Positions 11,864 to 23,490 of a DNA stretch of 64,000 bases are shown here, piece after piece. The stretch lies in contig MU061579.1 of the NCBI GenBank assembly GCA_013265495.1, positions 1,145,159 to 1,209,158 on the forward strand, in the 5' to 3' direction. The position numbers and the translations under genes were made by a program. The notes beneath the pieces are model-generated. The model saw only the letters and a program-made list of their open reading frames with translations. It did not search any database and was not told the DNA's origin. This DNA is from Vicugna vicugna. Lineage: Eukaryota. How positions within the stretch are numbered: the stretch's first letter is position 1; every line of letters begins with the position of its first letter.

Positions 11864-14359
11864 CAATGAATTTGCTTTGGGTACCCATCCAGGAAACTGA
11901 TTGGAAGTATAGATTTTGCCCTTGAAAGCCTATGAAGTAGATCAAGATTGTACATTAAATAAATCAACTTCAAGTCAACCCTGTACCTAAATCTGAAAAT
12001 CCACTCTGCTATGCAGTCCAGATGGAATCCAAGTGCATTATCCAGTGCAGCCTATCAGAAGTAAAGCAATGAGGAAAAACTTCAGCATTATAGAAATGCT
12101 TTAAACTTGAATGCTAATCTATTTCCATCATGAAATATATAGAAAAAATTAAAAGTTAAAAATTAAATTATTTTGCAAGTTAAAGTTCAAATAGTTCCTC
12201 TGAAATTAAATCCTAAGTTATATTACCTCATGCTTAAGAAATGAACTTCAAAAAATATTAAAGAGAAAGTGCTATCTTTTACAACTTCTATTTCTACCAA
12301 ATCTCATTGAAAAGGGATTCGAATCCTCAGGTAGAAATTTGCTGCCTCTGGGATGTGGAACTTGGACTATCTTTCACTAAAAAGAGCAGTTAACTCAAGA
12401 AACCCAGTGTTTTGTTATATAAAATCAAGGTCTTTTACAAACTTTACTTTTAAATAGTAGAAACGGTTACTAGTTCATATGATGTTGCTAAGCATTGGCC
12501 ATATATACAACCCATTTAGAAAAAAATAAAGTCCTTGCTCTTGGAGCAATCATTCAAAGTAAAATTAAGTTCTCAGAACTCAGTACTGAGAGTTGCCAAA
12601 ATGCAAGGCAATGATTCAGTCATATTGAAGTGTAAAGAGGCAGATGAAAAAATGTAGGTTTCAGCTTTAGCAGATATCAATCAATGTGTGCCAATTGCCA
12701 AGAACCCATGACTTCAGATTGTAACTCAGTGCAGAATATTCTTAATGAGAGATTATTAAAGGTTTTTTTGTGTTCACTATGTCACTCTGGGGAAGTGTGG
12801 AATGAAATGGGGAATGTACCTGTAAAAACCAGCTTCAGTATTACAGGGTGATAGTCTTAATTGTTGGTACGTTTTTGAAAAGTCCTGAATGTATTATTGA
12901 CTGCAACCCCAGGGCTTACTACAGCTGACTCTTTTTTTTTTTTTTCATACAGCCTATTTAAAATTCATCAGGAATTTTCCCTGTGATGTGCATATTTCTG
13001 GCACTCCATTGCTGACTGTTGTTGTTAGAATTCTTAGTAATGTATCATCTACACTTCACTCTTAGAAGACATTTTTACTAATGTGCCACAGTGGCTATTT
13101 CTACTACCTTTTACCATAGAATGACTTACTTAGGCTGAAGAAAACTGCCTATTGGGAGACGTAATTAATTTACAGAAGTTGATGCAGAGCTGGCTATCAC
13201 GTTTAACACTAATAATCTATACTGCTTTGTAGGACACATGAAAATCAGCAGCTTTGCAATTAAAAAAAAAGGTATAATTCTGTACACCCATATTTTAAAG
13301 TATCTAATTTGTTTCAACCTAGGCTAAAATTCCAGGGAATAACATACATTTTCTTTGCCATGAAATCAGGAGAAAAAAATATTTTTATTGACAATGTCTC
13401 TTTACAGCTCATCACTTATAAAAGCCACATTTCCTATCCTGAAAAGAAGTGAAAATAGGGTGCAGAGAGACAAAGTGTTATGCCAGTGAAACTCTCCACC
13501 AAGAAAGAAGTATGAGGAAAAGTGAAGAAACAACAGTTCTCCTGTGAGTTGTCTTTTAACCCCTGGTAATTTATTCATATTTAAGAAATCACCCAAAAAG
13601 TGAATGGATGCTTTGGTTGCTTTGAGATGAGATTGTTTCTTTTATACAGTGTCTCAGTCATTTTATTGTAGGATGCACAAATTACCTGATTTTTTGGATC
13701 ATTTTTCTTAGGTCAATCCATTGCTTCAGAATGTACTCTTCTAGTTTCTTATCTTGGGTATAATTCTGTATGTTATTGTTCTGGGATATGAGAAGGAAAA
13801 TTGGAATGAGTATTATCATTATTCAGAAAATAATACCTGTTCCAGTCTCATGCATTGATGTCATGCTTGGTGATGCCAAGTGTTCTCTAAGTTTCCATCT
13901 CTAGTTTAAATTAGCCAAAGAACAAATTTTCCCCCACCTTGTCAGAAGAGAGCTAGAAGCTTGACGTCATGCAGAAAGAATGTTTTGAGCATTCAATTGT
14001 GTATTTTCTTATATACAATTGTATTGTAAAATTGTAGTGTGACTCCCATTCTTTTCAGCCTCCCAACATTCATAATATCTACCTTCTGAAGTACTGGTGC
14101 TTCTAAATCTGGAGGCTTTGAGGCTTCTATAGAAAATTTCCTTGTATCTTTTTGAATCCTACCTCACAGGCAGTTGAACATGATCATTTTATGCTCTGTT
14201 GAGTTTATTATTACACATCTGTTTACTTTCCAATGTTCATAGTCTTGCTAACATTGCTCACCAACTATGCCTCCATAATTTTCTTCTGTTCTTGTTGGAC
14301 TTACACCTTTTTTTTTTTTGGATGGAAACAAACTAAACGTTTTCATTCAAACTACTATG

Positions 14360-14724
14360 GGCATTATAATCTAAATTATGTCTTCCCCAAAATTGTAAAT
14401 CAAAGCCCTAACCCTAATGTGACTATATCTGGAGATAAGACCTTTAAAATGGAAATTAAGGTTAAATGAGGTTGTAAGGTGAGAATCTAACCCAATAGGA
14501 CTGATGTTCTGACAAGAAGAGGAAGATATGGGGAAGATGTCATGTGAGGATATAGGGAGAAATTGGCTGTCTATAAACCAAAGAGAGAGACCTTATCAAA
14601 AACCAACTCTGTTGGCACCTTGATCCTGGATTTACAGCCTATAGACCTGTGAGAAAATAAGTTTCTGTTGTGTAAGTCACCCAGTCTGTGGTATTTCATA
14701 ATGGCAACCCTACCAGAATAATAT
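14360..14724 (+). mobile_element. MaLR solo LTR (MLT1A/B-like)
   Basis: ccctaatgtgactatatctggagataagacctttaa...ttaaggttaaatgagg...gtgagaaaataagtttctgttgtgtaagtcacccagtctgtggtatt. Confidence 0.9.
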
Positions 14725-17206
14725 AATTGATCATTAGCTATCACACAGTTTCTTAGCAAATTAAGTATCTCACTCAATTCTTCTCAAGCATAGTTGGGGA
14801 ATTCTTCCATCTCATTCATCATATTATAATTAGTTTGAAACACTAGGCAATTTATAAAGGACTGTCCAGATTTTTATCAACACTCATCATTTTTATGCTT
14901 ATTTGTCAAGTCTGCATCCTCTCTTGAAAGCATGCTGTTCTGTGTTTTAATGTTTACTTATGGATCTTTGACAAAGCAGCCTTAAGTCATCCAAAGTTGA
15001 TCATGCAGGTGCTCTTCTCAGATATCCTACCCCATTCTAGAAGTCCAATGAAGTCAAGGGTTAGGGTTCCCTTCCTGAGATCATCAGAACCCTAATTTCA
15101 CCTTCAGTTATGAGGTTCTAATCCTTCTCTTGTTAACATTTTCCCTCTTTTGTTTCCCTCCCTCAAATCCATTCACCACCTCTTTATGTCAACTTGTGTC
15201 AGGTAGAACAATGCCAGAAAAATAATTGGGTCAGAGGTTGCAAACTCAAACTGTATGTTTTGAATTTCTTCTATAGATTTTATTTTATATGTATTTAATT
15301 TTGACCAACACTGTATTTTATTAATTAAACCAAGGTTTAATTAATTAATAAAATGGTAGATTTTGAAATCCCTTGAGAAATTTGTAGATGTAGCAACATA
15401 AACTAGTAATATATCTACTAGAGATAAGTAGTATTGCCAACTTTTATGTGAACTACAAGCATTTCCTTCATACAATAGTTGTGTATATACTTTCAGTTAG
15501 TCTGCTTTGATCACATATCTTTCTGTGTCATCTTTACACACCTCTGGGTTTACAAAATAAAATTTTTATCAAAAAATATTAATAGGTAGAAGGGCTACCA
15601 CAGAGTTGTACAGATTGAGCACCAAACAACCCTAGATCATGTAGCACACTGAGATTATTAAGTGGGTGACACTGCCTAGGTTAATGTATTGACAACTAGT
15701 ACAATTATAAGTACTAATATTTAGACCTAGTTTTCCTCTGTCAAAATTTGTTTTTGCCCTTGAAACACAAATATCTTTAAGTCAAGGGGACACAAATTCC
15801 TCTTTACCTCTTTGGAAATGAAGAGGGGAAAAGTATAGGGCAGCAAAGAAAACTAAATTATTCTGTCACAGTCATATATAAGGCTGAATACAATATATTA
15901 TCCATGAGAGTGAAATATTTAAATATTGCAAAAATTAAAAATACCTGTAAAGGTACATGAGGCAGTTACAGAATTATCTAGACAGAGTAGTAGTCTAAAC
16001 AAAACATTGAAAAACTATGACAGCCAGTGTAGCGAAGAGAACAGGATTGAGAGCTGGGAGCTCATAGTTCTTGTTCTTAATCTTCCTAGAATGTGCCACT
16101 CGTCTGCTAAACGAGAGTTTAAACTAAATGATTATTAACTCATTTTATGTTCAGATTATTTGATTATAATAAGTAGTACAAATCTTTCAATTCCTAAGTT
16201 TCAAAGAATGTAGCATTGATAGTGAATACTCTTTTATAATTGTTTTTAAAAGAAGCTTTCAGCGGAATGGTGTTTGTGCTCAGAGCAATCTTATACTGAC
16301 TTATTTCACTTGTATTCTCATTTGTGATAGAAAAGCCTTTGGTTTGTGGTTTTTTTTTTTTTTTCCTGGAAGCCATGGTAGATTTAATTTCCCTTTAAGC
16401 AGTAGAGTAATAACACACTCTCCTTCACCCCACAGCTTGAACAGATTGAGAGTTTTAATGGGGAAAACATCAGTGCAGGTAGGGAAAGCCCAGGAGGCTC
16501 CAGGAAAGGGGCCTTAAATTTAGTAAGTAAGAGAAATATAACAGTGGTATGAGTTCTACTGTTTTGTTTCCAGGGAAAATCCATTCTTTCTACATTCTCA
16601 CTTCTTCCTCCTACCTTTTATTTTCAATCTTGTTTTTATTTCCCTGAGCCCTTATCCATTCAACACTCAGGGGACTAAGTACAGATAGCCACATGTTATG
16701 TTCCTTCCATCTAAGCCTCTCTTTGCAGATTAATTCTTTATCTTTTTTTAAAAACAGTTTCTAAGTACATTCTTTGAGACATATTTCATTTCTAGGAGTT
16801 TTTACAGATAAGTTAAAATCATAATTGTCCAACATTTAAAGGAAAAATTAAGACACATTTTGATGCACTATATTTGACAATCTCCATTAAATTCTTCAAT
16901 ACTTTATTAAGTACCCATTACACAATTGAGAGCAACAGGAGAAAAAGAAAAGAGCACTATAAAACCTAAGATCAACCAAGATAAAGTGTAAGCAGGAAAA
17001 GACATCATTTTGATGAGATGCTGATAGTATCTCTGTGTCTGGACTGTATGTTCCAAGGGAACTAGGAAGATAAATAAAAACAGATCTAGTGGAGATTCTG
17101 TTCAAGAACCATGAGTTCAGGGAAGCACTGATTTGAAGAAGAGCAGAATACACAAACCACTCCAAATTATGACTCTTAGGCATAGGATTATTTTTGAGAA
17201 GCAGCA

Positions 17207-18195
17207 GACAGAGGAAAAAGCTCTGAAACTAAGTAGAAGTTACCCTTTTGTAATAGACATTTACATATATAAGAAAAATCTCCATTTATAAGGCTGTATC
17301 TAAGTACCAGGAATAGGAGGAAGTCTAAATCTCTAAAGCTTCTTACCAGTTGAGAAGGAAAAGTCTTCTTAAAAAACATATTTTTTATTGAAGTATAGTC
17401 AGTTTACAATGTTGTGTCAGTTTCTGGTGTGCAGCATACTTCAGTCATATAGGAACAAATGTATATTCATTTTCATATTCTTTTTCACCATAAGTTACTA
17501 CAACATATTGAATATAGTTCCCTGTGCTATACAGTATCAACATGTTGTTTCTTTATTTTATGTATATTAGTTAGTATCTTCAAATCTCGAACTCCCAATT
17601 TATCTCTTCCTACCCTCTTCCTTCCTGGTAACCATAAGTTTGTTTTCTATGTCTGTAAGTCTGCTTCTGTTTTGTAAATAAGTTCATTTGTCTTTTTTAA
17701 ATTCCACATATAAGTGATATCATATGGTATTTTTCTTTCTCTTTCTGGCTTACTTCACTTATAATGACATTCTCCAGGTCCATCCATGTAGCTGCAAATG
17801 GCATTATTTTATTATTTTTATGGCTGAGTAGTATCCCATTGTATAAATATACCACAATTTCTTTATCCAGTTATCTATCGATGAAAATTTAGGTTGCTTC
17901 CATGTCTTGGCTATTGTAAATAATGCTGCTATGAACATTAGGGTGCAAAGTCTTAAATCTACATAACAATCATACCCTTGACTACCATGATTTGCCAAGT
18001 AACCTCCCATAAGCGGCCTTTTCCTTCCCCCAAGATCTTCTTTTGCTAGAGTTGATATTTAAGGTGATGGCTTGGACCAGTTTTTGGAGTTTCTCAGTTT
18101 TACTGAGTCTCTTCCATGGATACAGAAGATATTCATGTTATTAAATCTATTTTTTTCTCATTAATTTGTCTTTTATTACAGGGTAATTTCAGCCA
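17207..18195 (+). mobile_element. ERV1-like solo LTR split by a younger L1 (halves ~17207-17367 and ~17955-18195)
   Basis: The two halves rejoin across the duplicated AAAGTCTT. TATA-like tatttaagg at ~18056 and an ATTAAA poly(A)-like signal at 18140. Confidence 0.65.
17368..17946 (-). mobile_element. 5'-truncated L1 3' end (camelid-like subfamily)
   Basis: The minus strand encodes the ORF2 C-terminal [20 protein letters not shown]...YYSAIK. 3'UTR tip ttttttattgaagtatagtcagtttacaatgttgtgtcag. 8-bp TSD AAAGTCTT at 17360-17367 and 17947-17954. Confidence 0.92.
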
Positions 18196-18197
18196 TC

Positions 18198-20930
18198 TGA
18201 TCTTAGAGAAAAAGCTTTCAGTCTTTCATCACTTAAATGTTCACCATTATGATATATATATATATATATTTTTTTAATTTATAGCTCTTATATTAAAATA
18301 GTTTCCTTCTATTTCTATTTTTTTAAATTTTTTATCATGAAAAGGTGTTGAATTTTATTAAATTATTTTTCTGACTCAATTGAGATGGTCATCTATTTTT
18401 TCCCTTCATTCTGTTAATGTGTTGTTGTATTAATTAATTTTGTATGTTGAAACATCTTTGCATACCAAGAATAACTTCCACTTTATCATGGTGTATAATC
18501 TTTTTAATATGCTACTGAATTGGACTCGTTAGCATTTCTTGAGAACTTTTGCACAGTGTTCAGAGGGGATACTGGTCCATAGTTTTGTTGCCTTGTAGAT
18601 TCTTTGTCTGGCTTTGATAGCAGAGTAATGATGATCTCATAGAATGAGTTAGAATCTGTTCTTTATCCTTCAGTTTTTAGGAAAATCTTGAGAAAAATTG
18701 GTATTAATTCTTCTTGAATATTTGATAGAACTCACCAGTGAAATGATTTGGTCCAGAGATTTTTCTTTGTTGAGGGATTTTTGAAAACTGATTCAATTAT
18801 TTACTAGTTTTAGGACTATTCAGATTTTCCACTTCATGATTTAGTCTTGGTAGGTTTTGTGTTTCTGAGAACTTTTCCTTTTAATGTAGATTATCCAATT
18901 TGTTGGCAAATAATTGTTCCTGGAACTCTTCTATATTCATATATAGAATATATATATATATATTTCTGTTGAATCAGTAATAATGCCTACATTTCTATTT
19001 CTGAATTAAGCAATTTGAGTCTTTCCTCCATTTTTTACTTTTAGTCAATCTAGGTAAAGTTTTATTAATTTTTGTTGATCTTTTTGTCTCTTGTAAACTT
19101 TTTTTAATTTAAAGTTTATTTTGTCAGATATTAGTGTAGCTATTTCAATATCTCTATTTGCATAGAATATCTTTTTCCATCCTTTCACTTTCAAATTATT
19201 TGTGTAATAGGATCAAAATGAGTCTCTTGTAGACAGCATGTATTTGGATTATGTGTTTTCATCCATTTTGCCAATTTGTCTTTTGATTGGAGAATTTGAT
19301 CTATTTAAATTTAAAGTAATTACTGATAAAAGGAGACTTACTTCTCTTATTTGTTTTCTATTTGCTTTATAGCTTTTTTTGTCCATCATATTCTATCTTA
19401 CTGTCTTCTTTTGTAATTCACTTTAATATTTTGTAGCAAAATATTGAAATTTTTCCATTTCTTTTTGTGTATTTTTATGACTATCTTCTTTGTGATTGCC
19501 TTGGAGATTATATTTAACATTCTAAAATTATAAAACTTTTATTTGAATTTATACCAGCTTAACTTCAATAACATACAAAATCTCTGCTCTTTTACAGCTC
19601 TGTACCTAACCCTTTCGCTTGTTGATGTCACAACATTATGTCTTTGTACATTATGTGTCCCAAAACATAAACTAATACTTCTTTTAAATGCAGTTGTATC
19701 TTAAGTTATGTAGAAAACAAGATTTGGTGTACACAATAATGTTACAGTGATATTAGCTTTTAGATTAAAATTATTATTTATCTTTAAATATGCTAAATCA
19801 TGTAGAGAACAAAAATTGCAATTATGAACTATCATTGCAGCAATGCTATCTTTTATGATCTTCTGTGTATTTATTTTTATTAAGATCTTTATACACACAC
19901 ATCATGTTACTCTCTAGTGTCCTTTTATTTCATCTTGCAGTACTCTCTTGAGTATTTTTTGCAAGCAGATCTGGTGGTAACAAAAATCCCTAAGTTTTTA
20001 TTTATGTGGGAATGTCTTAATTTCTCCCACACTTCTCAAGGACAGTTTTACTGCATATAAGATTCTTGGTTGATAGCCTTTATTTTGAGCACTTGGAATA
20101 TATTAGTGCACTGTCTCTGGCCTCCAAAATTTCTGATGAGAAATCTGTTGATAATCCTGATGAGGAACACTTGCATATGATGATTTACTTTTGCTGTTTA
20201 AAGATTTTTCTCTTTGTCTTTTGAAAATTAAATTATAATGTGTCTTAGAATGAGCCTCTTTGAAATCATCTTTGATTTCATTCAGTTTCTTAAATGTTTA
20301 TATTCATGTCTTTCAACAAATTTGGAAAGATTTCAGCCATTATCCCTTCAGATTTTCTCTCTGCCTCGCTCTCTCTCAGACCCATTCTGGGACTCCCACA
20401 ATATATATGTTAGTTCTTTTAATGGTCCCCAGAAGTCACAAAGGCTCTGTTTATATTTCTTTAATCTTTCTTCTTTCTGTTCTTGAGATTTGATCATTTC
20501 TATTGTCTTATCTTTAAGTTTGCTGATTTTCTTCTGCCTGCTCAAGTCATCCTATGAATTCTTGTGATAAATTTTTATTTCAGTTATAAATTTTAGCTCC
20601 AGAATTTTTTTTAGATTTTTTAATCTCTTTATTGATTTTTGCTTTTTGTTCAACCTTTCTTTGTAACTTCGTTCACATCTTCCTTTAGTTCTTTGAGCAT
20701 CTTTAAGATAGCTATTTTAAAGACTTTATTTATCAGATCTGCTATCAGATCTTTTTCAAGACTGTTGCTGTTGGTTTATTTTTATTCCTTGCAGTAATAC
20801 ATACTTTCCTGTTTCTTTGTATGCATTGGGATCTTGTGTGTGTGTGAAAAACTAGACATTTGAATCTCATAATGTTGCAACTCTGGAAATCAGATTATCC
20901 TACTTCCACAGGGTTTACTGTTTACATTAC

Positions 20931-20961
<31 letters not shown>

Positions 20962-21618
20962 TTCATTCATTCATTCAATTGTTGTAGGCTGTTTTTGTGC
21001 TGAAGATAATTCTGAGTATAAATTTAAGGTCTTCCCAGGTCTTTATAAGATTTCTCTGGGCATGTGTTGTTAAGTACTAATTTCTTCCATGTATGCAATT
21101 GTTTTGAATACTGTGGTTCTTAATGTCTGACTCTTAAAGAATATAAGGCAAAGATGAAAGAGAAGGGTTAAGATGTTGGTCTTTTGAATTCCCTGTAAAT
21201 CCATTCAGTCATAAGCAGAGGGACCTGAAACAATGGAGGAAGGTGTAACAACAATTCCGTGCCTTTGTCTGCACCTGTATTATCAGAAGTAGCAATCAAT
21301 GATAAGAGCATAAATTCCTTTTATTTAGAAAACAGAGCCCGTTTTCTCCATCCTGACTTCCACAATCTATATGTGTGAACAGCGGCTCGTCATGTGGCTA
21401 GAGGTAGAGGATCAATAGCTGCTATTCTGCTAAAAGCTAAAATTCATGGAAATTAATCATAATTTATTTATGATCCAAATATTACTCTGGAGGTTGTAAG
21501 TCTTCAGTAGACTCCAGAGTTCCAAAATTGTTCCATCAGATTGACCCTACAGGTGTAATTTTTGTGTAGGTGGGGAGGCAGATTCTTCATGCCTCCTAAT
21601 CTGTCATCTTCTTAGAGC
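18198..21618 (-). mobile_element. Old L1M (L1MC/MD-type): 5'UTR, ORF1 and part of ORF2, internally deleted
   Basis: ORF1-like remnant on - at 20348-20545 (KISKLKDKTIEMIKSQEQKEERLKK). Antisense ORF2 motifs at 18200-19080. 5' terminus-like cctcctaatctgtcatcttc at ~21592-21611. Confidence 0.85.
20931..20976. repeat. (TTTA)n(TTCA)n microsatellite
   Basis: Read directly from the sequence. Confidence 0.95.
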
Positions 21619-21857
21619 GCTTTAACATAGTTTCTTATAAGAAAATATAATTCTGTTTTGCTTTGTAGATTCTGAACTATTTCTAAAAATTCAAATTAAA
21701 TATGATCCTTCTATCTATGAATTTCTACATAACTAACTCAATTTGCCTAATTTGAATGGCATTTGACACTGTCTGCCATGAATTAATTTCATTTTTGTCT
21801 CAGTCCTTCTTATGAGCTCCATATAAGCAGAGAAAATAGCATTTTCTTTATAGCAGA

Positions 21858-22320
21858 TGTAGTAGATTAAATAATGGCCCTCCAAATTAATTTACATTCT
21901 AAACTTTGGGCTTGTGAACGCTACATGATATGACAGCAAAGACTTTGCAGATGTGATTAAGAACTTAACAGGAATATTATCCTGGATTATCTAGGTGAGC
22001 CATAAATACAACCACATACATCTTTTATAAAATTTGCAGCAGAGATATATTTGACTACACAGAAGAGAAGGGTAGTGTGACCGCAAAGATTATAATGATG
22101 CAGCTGTAATTCAAGTAATGCTGGAAGTCACAAGAAGTTGAAAGAGGCAAGGAACAGAATTCACCCCCAGAGCCTCTGAAGACTATTTGACCCCACCAAA
22201 ACATTGACTGTGGCCCAGTGATACTGATTTCAGAATTTTGGCCTTCATAATTGTAAGAGAAAGCATTTCTGTTGTTCCTTGTCCACGAAGTTTGTGGTCA
22301 TTTTTAATAGTCAAAAAAAA
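21858..22320 (+). mobile_element. MaLR solo LTR (MLT1C/D-like)
   Basis: tgtagtagattaaataatggccctcc...gactttgcagatgtgattaag...ttatcctggattatctaggtgagcc...ggcccagtgatactgatttcag. Confidence 0.9.
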
Positions 22321-22434
22321 TGTAACTAAGTGTTAGGCAAAAATCTTTTTTTTTTTTTTTGGTTTTGTTTCAGTGGGTGAATGTTCTTTAGAAAACTATC
22401 TTTAGATGTTCTTTAGAATACTATCTAGAAGCCA

Positions 22435-23490
22435 TTTCTCTTCTCTTCTCTCCTATTCTTAGTTATAGCACACATCTTTCCTGGACAATATCATCTAATT
22501 TTTAAATTTAAAATTACATCCATACCAGATGGCTTTTAAATGAATCTTTAGCTGTGACCTCTCTTCTGGGCTCTGGATCCTTACATTCAACAAAGCCAGG
22601 AAATCAAATTTTTAAATCACCTAAGTACCAAAAATTCAACATGCAAAAAGAGAGTAAGTTATTTTCAGCAAACTTTGAATTCCATATCTTAGTGAGTAAC
22701 ATAAATATTAAGTGATAACCCAAAGCAGGAAATTCAGAGTCAGCCTTAACTCCTCATTTTTCTTCACCTCCTATGTCTATTTAGTCTTTAACGTTTTTGG
22801 ATGCTTGCACTTAAAATTTTCCCCAATATATTTACTTTTATAATCTCCTTCCTTTTGCCTTGTTCAGAACGCTACTATGTCTCACCTGGGTTATTAAAGC
22901 AGCATACCAACTTTGCCTCGTTTGTATACAATAACCCTGCTCTCATACAGGCAGAGAAACATTTCTGTAATACAAACTTGCTTGACATTAAAACCATTAG
23001 ATGACGTCTCATTGTCCTTAGAATGAAATCCAAATTCTTTCAGGAGCTCTATAAGCCTCTTCTATATTTGGGAGTGCAGATTGTATGTACAGATATATTT
23101 CACATCTTCCCTTCAAAACCTCCCTTTCCAGCCATATTGTTTCCATTAGAAACAGCAATGTTCTTTTCTGCCTTCAGAACATTGCTTGTGCTGTTCTGCT
23201 TTATCTTCCCCCTTCACCTAATGACCCAATCTTCAGATTAAATTATACATCTTGCTTCCTCTGTGAAACCTCCGATGCCCTGCAGACAAGATGAGTAGCT
23301 TTCACCATGTGTTTCCACAGCACACTATATTCCCTATGGTAACACTCCCCACAATTTTTTCTGTTTCGATGGTATACTTGTCTGTCTCTCCAGACTGTAA
23401 GGATCATAAGAGCAGAGGCTACATCTGTAGTTCCATTCTGTCTCTCATCTATAATAAGCAATTGACATATATTTGTTTGGTTAATAAATA
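22435..23490 (+). mobile_element. L2 LINE 3' region
   Basis: gacctctcttctgggctctggatcc; cattgtccttagaatgaaatccaaattc; tgtctgtctctccagactgtaag; degenerate L2 tail. Confidence 0.75.

Noticed and set aside
22381..22426. 25-bp-period local duplication (atgttctttagaa.actatct twice)
   Set aside because: Only two copies; an ordinary slippage product, not an array.
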